From positions 1 to 64,000 of the forward strand of contig JAEOTX010000039.1 in the NCBI GenBank assembly GCA_016839605.1: a stretch of 64,000 bases of DNA. Direction: 5' to 3'. Under the pieces are notes generated by a model. It worked only from the letters and a program-made list of their open reading frames with translations, had not been told where the DNA came from and ran no database searches. Position numbers and translations under genes: made by a program. Every line of letters starts with the position of its first letter. Positions within the stretch are counted from its first letter, which is position 1. Source of the stretch: Candidatus Thorarchaeota archaeon. GTDB lineage: Archaea; Asgardarchaeota; Thorarchaeia; Thorarchaeales; Thorarchaeaceae. Positions 56,110 to 64,000 of this stretch are shown one piece after another.

Positions 56110-56919
56110 ATGTCATTGACAAAAGACCTAACCAAAGCTGTGGATTGTGCAAGAACAGCCATTTTGAATAATCTCGCAGAAGCTGCGGAGCTGACTGGTG
56201 AAACCAATCAGTATGGAGATAAGACGCTCCTTCTTGACAAAAAAGCCGAAGATGCAATCATCGAAATAATACTCCAACTAGACACACCTATGATTATTCT
56301 AAGTGAAGAAAGCGGCCTCATTGTACCTGAGAGTAGACCTGAATACGTTGCAGTTATAGATCCAATAGACGGCTCAGCCAACCTTGAGAGAGGGATTCCA
56401 CTTTGTTCGACTGGCATATCTGCGGTCAGGCACTCGGAGATTATGACAACTGATGATGCGGAAATCAGCATAATTGAATCCGTTTTTTCGGAAGAGACCT
56501 TCATCGCTGAGAAGGGACAAGGAGTCCGAAGAAATGGAAAGACCATCAGAGTCGCAGATCCAATACCTTTGGAGAAATCCATAATCTCCTATGACACTAA
56601 GAAATCTGGAGATGATGCGTTTCTGACGAGCTCCATGAGGGTGTTAGAGGGAGTCCATGACATTCGCCGATCTGCGAGCAATCTGTTGGACCTGTGTTGG
56701 GTAGCCTCTGGTGCACTAAATGCGATGGTAGATTTGAGGGGGATGCTCCCAATCGTCCATGTATCAGGAACACACATGGTTTTCGAGGCGGGAGGTTATG
56801 TGATAGGGAAAGATGGAATGAGGCTAAATCTGCCCATTGTTGCAGAACAGATGATGAGCTTTGTAGCTGCATCAGATGAAACTACAGCTAATAGGATACT
56901 GGCGCTCTTTAGGGGCTAA
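56110..56919 (+). CDS. Inositol monophosphatase / fructose-1,6-bisphosphatase family
   Basis: GD.T..LD..AE, LSEE, IDPIDGSAN, LCWVASG. Confidence 0.88.
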   Translation: MSLTKDLTKAVDCARTAILNNLAEAAELTGETNQYGDKTLLLDKKAEDAIIEIILQLDTPMIILSEESGLIVPESRPEYVAVIDPIDGSANLERGIPLCSTGISAVRHSEIMTTDDAEISIIESVFSEETFIAEKGQGVRRNGKTIRVADPIPLEKSIISYDTKKSGDDAFLTSSMRVLEGVHDIRRSASNLLDLCWVASGALNAMVDLRGMLPIVHVSGTHMVFEAGGYVIGKDGMRLNLPIVAEQMMSFVAASDETTANRILALFRG

Positions 56920-56981
56920 TAAGGGGAGTGTCATTGTAACGGAGGAATCGCTAAGCAACTGGGTCTGAAGATAGGGCTCAG

Positions 56982-57419
56982 CTAATCAGACTCATCCTCC
57001 GAAGTATCAGCGACGACTTCATCTTCGGGTTCTTCAGTCTCTTCGTCTTCCTCTGTTTCTTCCTCGCCGGCTTCCTCCTCATCCTCCTGTTCTGCTACTT
57101 CTTCCTCTTCCTCTTCTTCCTCCTCATCAGAAACGGCAGAAGGAACAAGTCTGTAGACATAGAAATAGCCAATGAAGACGCTCACTAAGGAGAGTAGAAG
57201 TGTTATCCAGAAAGCACCACCTGTGCCAAACCATGTCACAGGATTGATTACGAGTTCACTTCTTGCTGCTCCGAAGACAACAGTCTGGAACCATATTGGA
57301 ACTCCAAAAGCAAAAGGTATGCAAATCACAACCAGTAGGATAATCGACATGATAATCTCAGCTGTGTAAATCAGGATTTTTCGTAGTGTGCTATCTACCG
57401 CTTTCTTTGCAGCCGACAT
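56982..57419 (-). CDS. Two-TM membrane protein with acidic C-terminal tail
   Basis: Two hydrophobic helices followed by poly-E/D. Confidence 0.65.
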   Translation of the reverse strand: MSAAKKAVDSTLRKILIYTAEIIMSIILLVVICIPFAFGVPIWFQTVVFGAARSELVINPVTWFGTGGAFWITLLLSLVSVFIGYFYVYRLVPSAVSDEEEEEEEEEVAEQEDEEEAGEEETEEDEETEEPEDEVVADTSEDESD

Positions 57420-57499
57420 TTCGTTCGCCTTGGATTGCCGACTTGGGCTTGCCTTTAAAACCTGCCGTCAATGGGATTGCCTGGAGAAGAAAGGGATTC

Positions 57500-57576
57500 G
57501 TACAGGGAGTCCGAGAAAGAGTTGTGATTGAGAGGAGGGAGAGGGAGGAGAGGAGATTTGTTCGGACTCCCTGTTC
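57500..57576 (-). ncRNA. Candidate stem-loop sRNA 1 with CU-rich loop
   Basis: Perfect 13-bp inverted repeat 57502-57514/57562-57574; TTTATATA (57607-57600) exactly 23 nt upstream of a GAA start; U-rich tract downstream. Confidence 0.6.
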
Positions 57577-57712
57577 AATATTAAGTAGGGTAAGATTACT
57601 ATATAAAAGTATATCATATATCATATTAGCATCTATGAGGGGACTGCAGCCTCTCAGGTAATCTAGATGATCATGTTTCTTGCCAGCAGCTTTAGTCCTG
57701 AGAGAATAAGAA

Positions 57713-57790
57713 GAAGGGAAAAGCGGGGCCGGAGAACGCTTGAAGGAGGAGAGAGAGAGAGATATGAGAGAGAACGGCCCCTAGCCCTTC
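57713..57790 (-). ncRNA. Candidate stem-loop sRNA 2 with CU-rich loop
   Basis: Stems GAAGGG/CCCTTC and GGGGCCG/CGGCCCC; CTTAAATA (57821-57814) exactly 23 nt upstream of a GAA start; U-rich tract downstream. Confidence 0.58.
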
Positions 57791-57908
57791 ACCATTTACT
57801 AGCCATTAATACATATTTAAGCAAATCTTGTTTGAGGATAAATTTACCAGATATTTGGCGCTGTATAGCGAAGGAATTCATAATGCAGAATCGATATGCG
57901 TATGCAAT

Positions 57909-58583
57909 TTATGCAAGTCTTGATTTGACTACGTCTAGTATTTGTAGTAAAGAGTCGAAGACTTGAGAAGCACCCGCTTTGATCAAGTCATCCCTGGTGG
58001 TTTCTCCGGTGGTCACTCCCCAAAACTCAATCCCAGCTCTAGTTGCGGCTGCTCCATCGATTCTTGCATCACCGATGTACACGACCTCATTGGGTTGCAC
58101 GCCTATATGAGCCACCAGTTGCCTGAGGCCATCGGGATAAGGTTTGGGACTAGGAGACTCATTTCGAGTCTGGATCACATCGAATAATTCCTCCAATGGA
58201 AGCTGCTCGAGTATGACATCAACAGCAGTTCTACCATTGTTTGTGAGAATTGCAGTCTTCAGGCCAAGAATCTTCAGCTCTCGCACAACATCCATCGAAC
58301 CATCGATAAGCTCTGCATCAGTGGCAGCCCATCCTTCGTGTCCACTGAGCGTTTTGTCGACATCGTGTTCCATTCGCTTCCATTCACTAGATGAAATCCC
58401 TTTAGAGTGGAAGTATTCCCTAGCCTTCACTCTGGTGCTCGAGATACCATCAGCTGAATCGAAGAGGTCAGCAGGTGCACCTTGACTCTTAAAATATTCC
58501 TTCGTGTCTCGTCTCATGGCATCTAGAGGGAGAGCCAGAACAGTGAGGGTACCATCAAGATCAAAGAGGACCGCCTTCAACAT
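57909..58583 (-). CDS. HAD-IA hydrolase (phosphoglycolate phosphatase-like)
   Basis: FDLDGTL, LTNN, PKPYPDG, IGDARID. Confidence 0.88.
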   Translation of the reverse strand: MLKAVLFDLDGTLTVLALPLDAMRRDTKEYFKSQGAPADLFDSADGISSTRVKAREYFHSKGISSSEWKRMEHDVDKTLSGHEGWAATDAELIDGSMDVVRELKILGLKTAILTNNGRTAVDVILEQLPLEELFDVIQTRNESPSPKPYPDGLRQLVAHIGVQPNEVVYIGDARIDGAAATRAGIEFWGVTTGETTRDDLIKAGASQVFDSLLQILDVVKSRLA

Positions 58584-58625
58584 TCTCGACCGCCAGTTTT
58601 CACGCTCCGTGTCAGCCTCTTAAGG

Positions 58626-59270
58626 TTAGCCATCTGCCATTTGCTCTAGGAATTCGGACAGATGGGACTCGGCTGAACTCAGGTGGTTCATATAGAAATG
58701 ACCTTCTCCCTCGAGTGCTATAGTTCGAACTTTTTTGCTGCCCAGCCTCTTTGCCAAAACCTGCATGTCATTGAAAGAGACCATGGTATCGTGGCTTCCA
58801 TGGAACATCAACGTTGGACAGTGAACATCAGCTAGAGAATCAAGGCGCTCATCCTCCTCTTGAGCCAAGTCAAACGACGCGCTGAATGTGACCAAGAAGG
58901 CTGCTTCAGTCTCTGATGCGAGATGAAGAGCCACAGAACCGCCAAATGAGTAACCCAAAATTCCTATGCGCTTCTGTTGTGTTTCACCAAGAAGCGTACG
59001 AGCTGCTGCTCGAGCATCTTGGATGGCACCTGGAATGCCCTGATAATCATGTGGTGATTTGGCACCACGGAAGTCAAATCGCATTGTAACATAGTCACGG
59101 TCCAGTAGAATTCGATCAATGTGCCTAACGACGCGGTCCTCTCTACTACCCCCGTATAGAGGGTGAGGATGAAGGATGAGAGCTGCTTTATGAGATTCCG
59201 GAGTAGGTGTGCTTAAAATTCCGACAAGTCGATCATCATCTACGGCAAATTCTATCTCATCATAGCGCAT
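58626..59270 (-). CDS. Alpha/beta hydrolase
   Basis: HPHPLYGGS, RFDFRG, GYSFGG, HGSHD, GEGHF. Confidence 0.9.
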   Translation of the reverse strand: MRYDEIEFAVDDDRLVGILSTPTPESHKAALILHPHPLYGGSREDRVVRHIDRILLDRDYVTMRFDFRGAKSPHDYQGIPGAIQDARAAARTLLGETQQKRIGILGYSFGGSVALHLASETEAAFLVTFSASFDLAQEEDERLDSLADVHCPTLMFHGSHDTMVSFNDMQVLAKRLGSKKVRTIALEGEGHFYMNHLSSAESHLSEFLEQMADG

Positions 59271-59476
59271 TCTGATTTCTCCGCATATTAGAAGTGCTAG
59301 GCTTCAAAGACGAAACGGGTCGCGTTATATATTGCTTGGGAGCAATGAGATTTGCGATACTTGTCGTAGCTTTGCTGAGCCAAAAACTGACTGAACTTGA
59401 GAGTCGAATCTTTTGAAATACCTACGTAGGTCAAGTTTAAGACTCACATAAATCAACCATTCACCGGCGATTTGGA

Positions 59477-60493
59477 ATGAAGACTCTTGACAGTATCGAC
59501 AAAACAAGCATGCGTGACATGACAGCTAAATTCCCATCCATGCTCAGACTCGATGTATTTCCTGAGTCCATACGTTACGAAGCTGAGAAAGTCAAGCTCA
59601 AAGGTGTTGGAGGCATCTGCATAACCGGAATGGGAGGGAGCGGGATTGCTGGGGAGATATGCAAAGCCCTAATGGCAGATGTATCGGAAATTCCAATCGT
59701 CAGTAATCGAGAGTACTCGCTGCCTCGCCACGTCACCAAGGAGTGGGTAGTGATTGCCGTTAGCTACTCTGGTGAAACTGAAGAAACACTCTCCGCATTT
59801 GACGTAGCTAGACATCGGGGTTGCAGGACCTTTGCACTGACAACAGGAGGCAGACTTGCAGTTAAGGCAGATGTGAAGAAGACAACAACGCTTCCAGCTG
59901 GTCTACAGCCTCGTGCAGCACTTCCTGTGATCTTTTCAGGTCTGCTCCCTCTTCTGGAACTCCTGATTGGAACTGAAAGGTCGGACTTGATTAGCATTGC
60001 AGATGCACTCGAACGACTTCAACCAGACTGGAATGGAGCGTCTTTGATGCCAGAGGAGTTGGCGGCCGAGCTCCAGAACAAGATTCCATGGTTCATAGGA
60101 TGGAAACATCTAGTTCCAGTTGCCTATCGGGCAAAATGTCAATTCAATGAGAACTCAAAGATTTTTGCGTCAAGCTCTGAGATTCCAGAGATTTATCATA
60201 ATGAAATCGAAGGTACGCTCTCCTGCAGAAATCATCCCGTTTCACCAGTTTTCCTGAGAAGCAGAGAAGAGGATGAGAAAACGAGAAATGGGTTCGAATC
60301 CGCAGCCGCAATCTTCGAGGAGAATGGCTGCCATCCGGAACATCTGAATTTCAGATTTGACTCAAGAATCGAGGAGGCCCTTGGATTCACCATGTACTTG
60401 GACAGGGTATCAGTGATGTTAGCAGAAATCCTTGGAGTTGATCCATTATCTGTTGAGAGAATTGCACAGCTGAAGAGAAGGCTTAGGGACTGA
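59477..60493 (+). CDS. Bifunctional phosphoglucose/phosphomannose isomerase (SIS)
   Basis: GMGGSG, SYSGETEET, TTGG, QPRAA, NENSK, PEIYHNEI. Confidence 0.9.
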   Translation: MKTLDSIDKTSMRDMTAKFPSMLRLDVFPESIRYEAEKVKLKGVGGICITGMGGSGIAGEICKALMADVSEIPIVSNREYSLPRHVTKEWVVIAVSYSGETEETLSAFDVARHRGCRTFALTTGGRLAVKADVKKTTTLPAGLQPRAALPVIFSGLLPLLELLIGTERSDLISIADALERLQPDWNGASLMPEELAAELQNKIPWFIGWKHLVPVAYRAKCQFNENSKIFASSSEIPEIYHNEIEGTLSCRNHPVSPVFLRSREEDEKTRNGFESAAAIFEENGCHPEHLNFRFDSRIEEALGFTMYLDRVSVMLAEILGVDPLSVERIAQLKRRLRD

Positions 60494-60601
60494 CTTGCTG
60501 TACATTCTGAAGAAGAGGCACAACAGAGTGGGAGAATCCCAGAGTTACCCAGCGATTTAATATAACTGCAGAAATATCCGAAATGAAGGCAAAACTGAGA
60601 G

Positions 60602-61204
60602 TTAGAGAAGAGTAACTCCTTCATAGACGAAACCGATTGTGCGTCTATACGTGGATGATGAACTCATCACAGAATAGGTGTAGCGTACTGTAAGACTCCA
60701 AGTCCAGTTTGCTGAATTGTACGCACCAAATAATACGTCTTTGTCATTATCATTTGTGATATCACTTCTTATTGTGTGATTCTTATCGTAGCCTGCGTCC
60801 AAAGGCTCTTGTTCAAAACGAAATTCCCTTAGGAATGTGCCGTATGTTATTGATTGTTGGTTCAATAGCACTAAGATCCGAATAGAAGCAAGATGTGCGT
60901 CCCCATTTACATTATCTGGAGCTTTGAAATTAAGGACAAATGAGATGCGGGGATTCATGCTATAATTAGTCGGATCAAAATTGGAAACACTAGTATCAGC
61001 AACATCGACTTCCAGGAATTCTGCAAGTGCGACGCTGTCGCCGTAATATCTTGCATTGCCTGCCAGAAGAGCTGCGCTGAACAGACCTGCAGCTATGACT
61101 GTAATTATAATCAAGTCTTGGATTCTTCGACTCTTAAGCATCTGGCTGCACCGTTCCTCCCGAGCGTTCAGCTCAATATCTCCCTTGCGCTTCAGGCATA
61201 TCAA
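60602..61204 (-). CDS. Hypothetical membrane-anchored extracellular beta-rich protein
   Basis: N-terminal TM/signal; several N-x-S/T sequons; start may be ATG 61141. Confidence 0.6.
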   Translation of the reverse strand: MICLKRKGDIELNAREERCSQMLKSRRIQDLIIITVIAAGLFSAALLAGNARYYGDSVALAEFLEVDVADTSVSNFDPTNYSMNPRISFVLNFKAPDNVNGDAHLASIRILVLLNQQSITYGTFLREFRFEQEPLDAGYDKNHTIRSDITNDNDKDVLFGAYNSANWTWSLTVRYTYSVMSSSSTYRRTIGFVYEGVTLL

Positions 61205-61210
61205 ATCTAC

Positions 61211-62086
61211 CTATCCAACAGATGGAAGATAGGCCAATATATGAATCAACCAAGGATAGATAGCCAACAGCGCAGGAATAGTAATGCCAGGGAGTGGCTC
61301 ATGCTCATTTAGAAATACTGTTACATTAATAATCACGACTAAAACAGCAAGAGCAACGGACGCTGCCCAAACATATAACGGAAAATATAGCAAGGCGTGA
61401 GTAGATATCATGGAGAAAGCAACAAAGTCACCTGCTCCGACTGCAATGCTTTGAGATTGGATTCTGGTATAGTCGAAAGGATCTGAACCTACCCTCTCAC
61501 TCATCTGGTTGGCCTTTGCGGCAGGTGAGAACCTTATGAGCAAGTAGTCCTCGACTACGAGAGATAAAATCAATACCATCATGCTTGAGGTGACAAAAGC
61601 GACTCCGAGAAAGGTTCCAAAGGTACTTCCATAGAATGCAGCAAAAAGATTCCTCATGAGTGGCGGTATTGCATCTATCAGAATGAACACAATGGAAAAC
61701 ATGAACACGGCGAGTGAGCCTAATGAAATGATGCTTGGTAAGATTGTGTTTGATGTACCCTTGAAAAGGATGAGAAGCAGAGACTGCCCCAAGACGAAGA
61801 ACACTAGCGAGAGAATGGGGGAAACAATGAAGGCAACCATGAGTCTCCGGCCTCGAGCTGATCTTCTCTCTAGCATCCAGAAAAGTGATAGAACTATTAA
61901 AGACCCTAGGCAAATGGAGATGAGTGCCTGAATAACCAGCTCAGCTGCTGTGTAGCTTCTGGCAGCGCTCGAGATAACATCACTGAAGAGGGAGTTCCCA
62001 AGAATAGTAAATCCCATGATTGACCCGATTAAAAGAGGCAAAATCGAAACTACTATGAGCATTCCTCGAGATCTATCAAGCTTCAT
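61211..62086 (-). CDS. Presenilin/signal-peptide-peptidase-like GxGD intramembrane aspartyl protease (A22)
   Basis: About 9 TM; GTFLG, TM6 VEDY, TM7 VGAGDF, C-terminal PLPG (PAL-equivalent). Confidence 0.75.
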   Translation of the reverse strand: MKLDRSRGMLIVVSILPLLIGSIMGFTILGNSLFSDVISSAARSYTAAELVIQALISICLGSLIVLSLFWMLERRSARGRRLMVAFIVSPILSLVFFVLGQSLLLILFKGTSNTILPSIISLGSLAVFMFSIVFILIDAIPPLMRNLFAAFYGSTFGTFLGVAFVTSSMMVLILSLVVEDYLLIRFSPAAKANQMSERVGSDPFDYTRIQSQSIAVGAGDFVAFSMISTHALLYFPLYVWAASVALAVLVVIINVTVFLNEHEPLPGITIPALLAIYPWLIHILAYLPSVG

Positions 62087-62173
62087 CAGAGATTCTGGTC
62101 AAGCAAGGAGTCCTCTTTTAAATGGAGTCTGATTCGCGCAAATCCAAATCGGACTTGAGTATCGAGTCATGTC

Positions 62174-62206
62174 AAAAAAAGAGGGGGGTGGGGACAGTTG
62201 TCCCCA
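62174..62206 (-). terminator. Hairpin + T7 terminator after the ABC binding-protein gene
   Basis: TGGGGAC-AACT-GTCCCCA followed by CCCCCCTCTTTTTTT on the minus strand. Confidence 0.75.
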
Positions 62207-62216
62207 ATTGATTAGA

Positions 62217-64000
62217 TTACTTCTGCCTGAGAAGCACGAAGCCACCGACTAGGATGACCACTGCAGCACCAACAGCGCCTCCAACAATCGCCAGTGTAGG
62301 ATCGAATGGCGGCGGGGGTGGAGGTGCAGTTGTGGTAGTAGTAGGCTCTGTCGTTGTGGTAGGCTCTGGATGATCAATCCCATATGCCCAATCCCTGCGG
62401 GTCAGCTCGGTGAACTCAGCGTCGATGTATTCCGTCACAGTGAACGGACCTGGTACGACGTACGGATCACCACCCTTGATTGGGTCCCATTCATTCCATC
62501 CTTCCAAGCCATAGGGCTCAATGACATGCTGTGGCAGTGGGAATGTCCTAAATGCTACATTCTCAAAGTTCCAGAATGACTCAGTGTCCAACTCAACTAC
62601 GAACTGGAATGGTGCGGCTGCGTATGCAGCTGTCATGGACTGAATAGTGGCGCTAGCGCCATTGGGATTGCCGTATGCTAGACCGTCCTTGAAGTAGTTG
62701 AAAGTAAAGGCGAAGTCTTCAGCAGTGATTAGATGGCCGTCACTAAAGGTTGCATTCTGTATTAAGTTGAATACAAACCTGTGGTTGCCCACTGGTACTA
62801 CGTCAGGATGGGTATCGTGGGTTTGAATCTCCCAAGACTCTGCCCAAACTCCGACATACTCGGCGTTCTCATCCTTTTCAACCAGACCTGGCCACATCTC
62901 GAAGAGAATGGCCCAGGTGTAGTAACCAACACCCGACATTGTGTTGAAGCTGTCAATGTCTATGGAGGAACTCACATAGAAGGTACCGCCATAAGGTCCG
63001 CCCTGGGATTCCTTCAGGTGTACTTTCATGCTGGTCCAGAAGTTTGGAACGTTTGCACCTAGCTGTGCAACGTGGCCCTCCCACTTGTCTGTTCTGATGG
63101 CAGAAAAGGCCTTGTTGTTGTAGGCAGTGACTCTAGGACATTCGTAATGGAGAATCTCCTGCATCTGATGAGCTGTGGAAAGCACCGTTGCCTCATCTTT
63201 GGCAGTAAGGAAAGTGTCCATTAGAGCGTCGAAAGTGGCGTTTCTGAAATTCGGTGAGTTGTAATAGTCTACACCATAATACCCACCGTAGAAGTCGCCG
63301 TACAGGTGATACACAGCGTTGAAGAAGTCCTCTCTAAAGCTGTATCCATAGAAGGTCACCCACCAATCTGGATCATGGAAGTTCAGACGACTCACATACT
63401 GATAGAAGTCGGTCATTAAGGGTTCAGCCTCAATGCCGATAGCACTGAAAGCACCGGCACCGATTATTGCAGCCTGACTTGACTGGAAATCTGCGCCGTG
63501 ACCAGCAACCTGGACAATACCGATTTCTGAACCATCAGGATTCTCACGCCAACCATCAGCATCGACATCAAGAAGTCCCGCTGCATCTAGTAGGTCGTTA
63601 GCAATGTCTAGATTCTCTTCATAGTAGTAATATGTGAATTCTTCTTCAGCAGTCCAAGGTCCTGGGGGAACATTAGCGTCCCATGGCCGCGACTCACCGG
63701 CCCAGAGCACCTCAGAAATCTCGTACTTATCCAATGCATATGCATAGGCCCTTCGTACACTGGTTATATTGAGGGGGTACCTGTCACAGTTGAATTCATA
63801 GAAGCCAAAACCATTTCTCCAGTCGCCAAATGCTTCCACGTCTTCCGCCGCTGTGAGCTGAGGCAAATAGGTTGTATCAATTGATGACTCCCAGATCATA
63901 TCTACCTCACCATTGATAAGCGCCAACATCTGTTGCTCGGTATTTGGTTGTACCTTGAACACCATTTTATCAATATATGGACCATTCTTGGCTTCGCTTG
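62217..64000 (-). CDS. ABC transporter peptide-binding protein (family 5) with Thr/Pro linker and C-terminal TM anchor; 5' end outside window
   Basis: GPYIDKMVFK, LINGEVD, VRRAYAYALDK, DVDADGWRE, ATFSDG..ITAED, GPF; TTTT/PPPP linker and TM. Confidence 0.85.
   Translation of the reverse strand, partial: SEAKNGPYIDKMVFKVQPNTEQQMLALINGEVDMIWESSIDTTYLPQLTAAEDVEAFGDWRNGFGFYEFNCDRYPLNITSVRRAYAYALDKYEISEVLWAGESRPWDANVPPGPWTAEEEFTYYYYEENLDIANDLLDAAGLLDVDADGWRENPDGSEIGIVQVAGHGADFQSSQAAIIGAGAFSAIGIEAEPLMTDFYQYVSRLNFHDPDWWVTFYGYSFREDFFNAVYHLYGDFYGGYYGVDYYNSPNFRNATFDALMDTFLTAKDEATVLSTAHQMQEILHYECPRVTAYNNKAFSAIRTDKWEGHVAQLGANVPNFWTSMKVHLKESQGGPYGGTFYVSSSIDIDSFNTMSGVGYYTWAILFEMWPGLVEKDENAEYVGVWAESWEIQTHDTHPDVVPVGNHRFVFNLIQNATFSDGHLITAEDFAFTFNYFKDGLAYGNPNGASATIQSMTAAYAAAPFQFVVELDTESFWNFENVAFRTFPLPQHVIEPYGLEGWNEWDPIKGGDPYVVPGPFTVTEYIDAEFTELTRRDWAYGIDHPEPTTTTEPTTTTTAPPPPPPFDPTLAIVGGAVGAAVVILVGGFVLLRQK

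Noticed and set aside
57386-57966. Track ORFs 57386-57661, 57391-57624 and 57667-57966
   Set aside because: Low-complexity translations of the GA/CU tracts; better explained by the stem-loop units
59271-59476. Possible second C/D RNA in the intergenic gap (several CTGA)
   Set aside because: No convincing C/C' boxes or terminal stem; likely divergent promoters
1-64000. Selenocysteine/pyrrolysine readthrough, tRNA or rRNA genes, and the many short antisense ORFs
   Set aside because: No recognised protein appeared truncated at an in-frame TGA/TAG, no cloverleaf or rRNA motifs were seen by eye, and the antisense ORFs shadow well-supported genes

Overview
This is an archaeal chromosomal segment, most likely from an Asgard archaeon (Thorarchaeia-like). 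That call is an inference from an HMf-type histone, ribosomal eS25, an ESCRT-II Vps22/EAP30-like domain, an ESCRT-III Snf7 protein, longin domains and an Arf-like GTPase. The window is gene-dense with about 60 CDS. They cover housekeeping (thiI, gltX, alaX, dcd, udp, wecB, surE, thrC), peptide and amino-acid catabolism (oxoprolinase A/B, M20 peptidase, ilvE, gdhA, AOR plus ferredoxin, peptide ABC binding protein), eukaryotic-signature membrane-trafficking genes and many hypotheticals. I found no rRNA, tRNA, CRISPR array or mobile element. Highlights: (1) two tandem DapA-aldolase::Fae (formaldehyde-activating enzyme) fusions whose Fae domains are degenerate in complementary ways, suggesting an undescribed heteromeric formaldehyde-channelling aldolase; (2) two unannotated ~75-78-nt stem-loop RNAs with CU-rich loops, each with a TATA box exactly 23 nt upstream; (3) a chlD-like AAA+/vWA gene with an inserted transmembrane hairpin directly after an A11 slippery run; (4) a cluster with a Vps22 fusion, a longin-winged-helix protein and a longin-Arf GTPase; (5) a clean box C/D guide RNA next to two tiny ORFs with structured leaders; (6) eS25 with an apparent non-canonical start and a histone-H1-like tail. 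All family assignments come from recognising motifs by eye; no searches were run.
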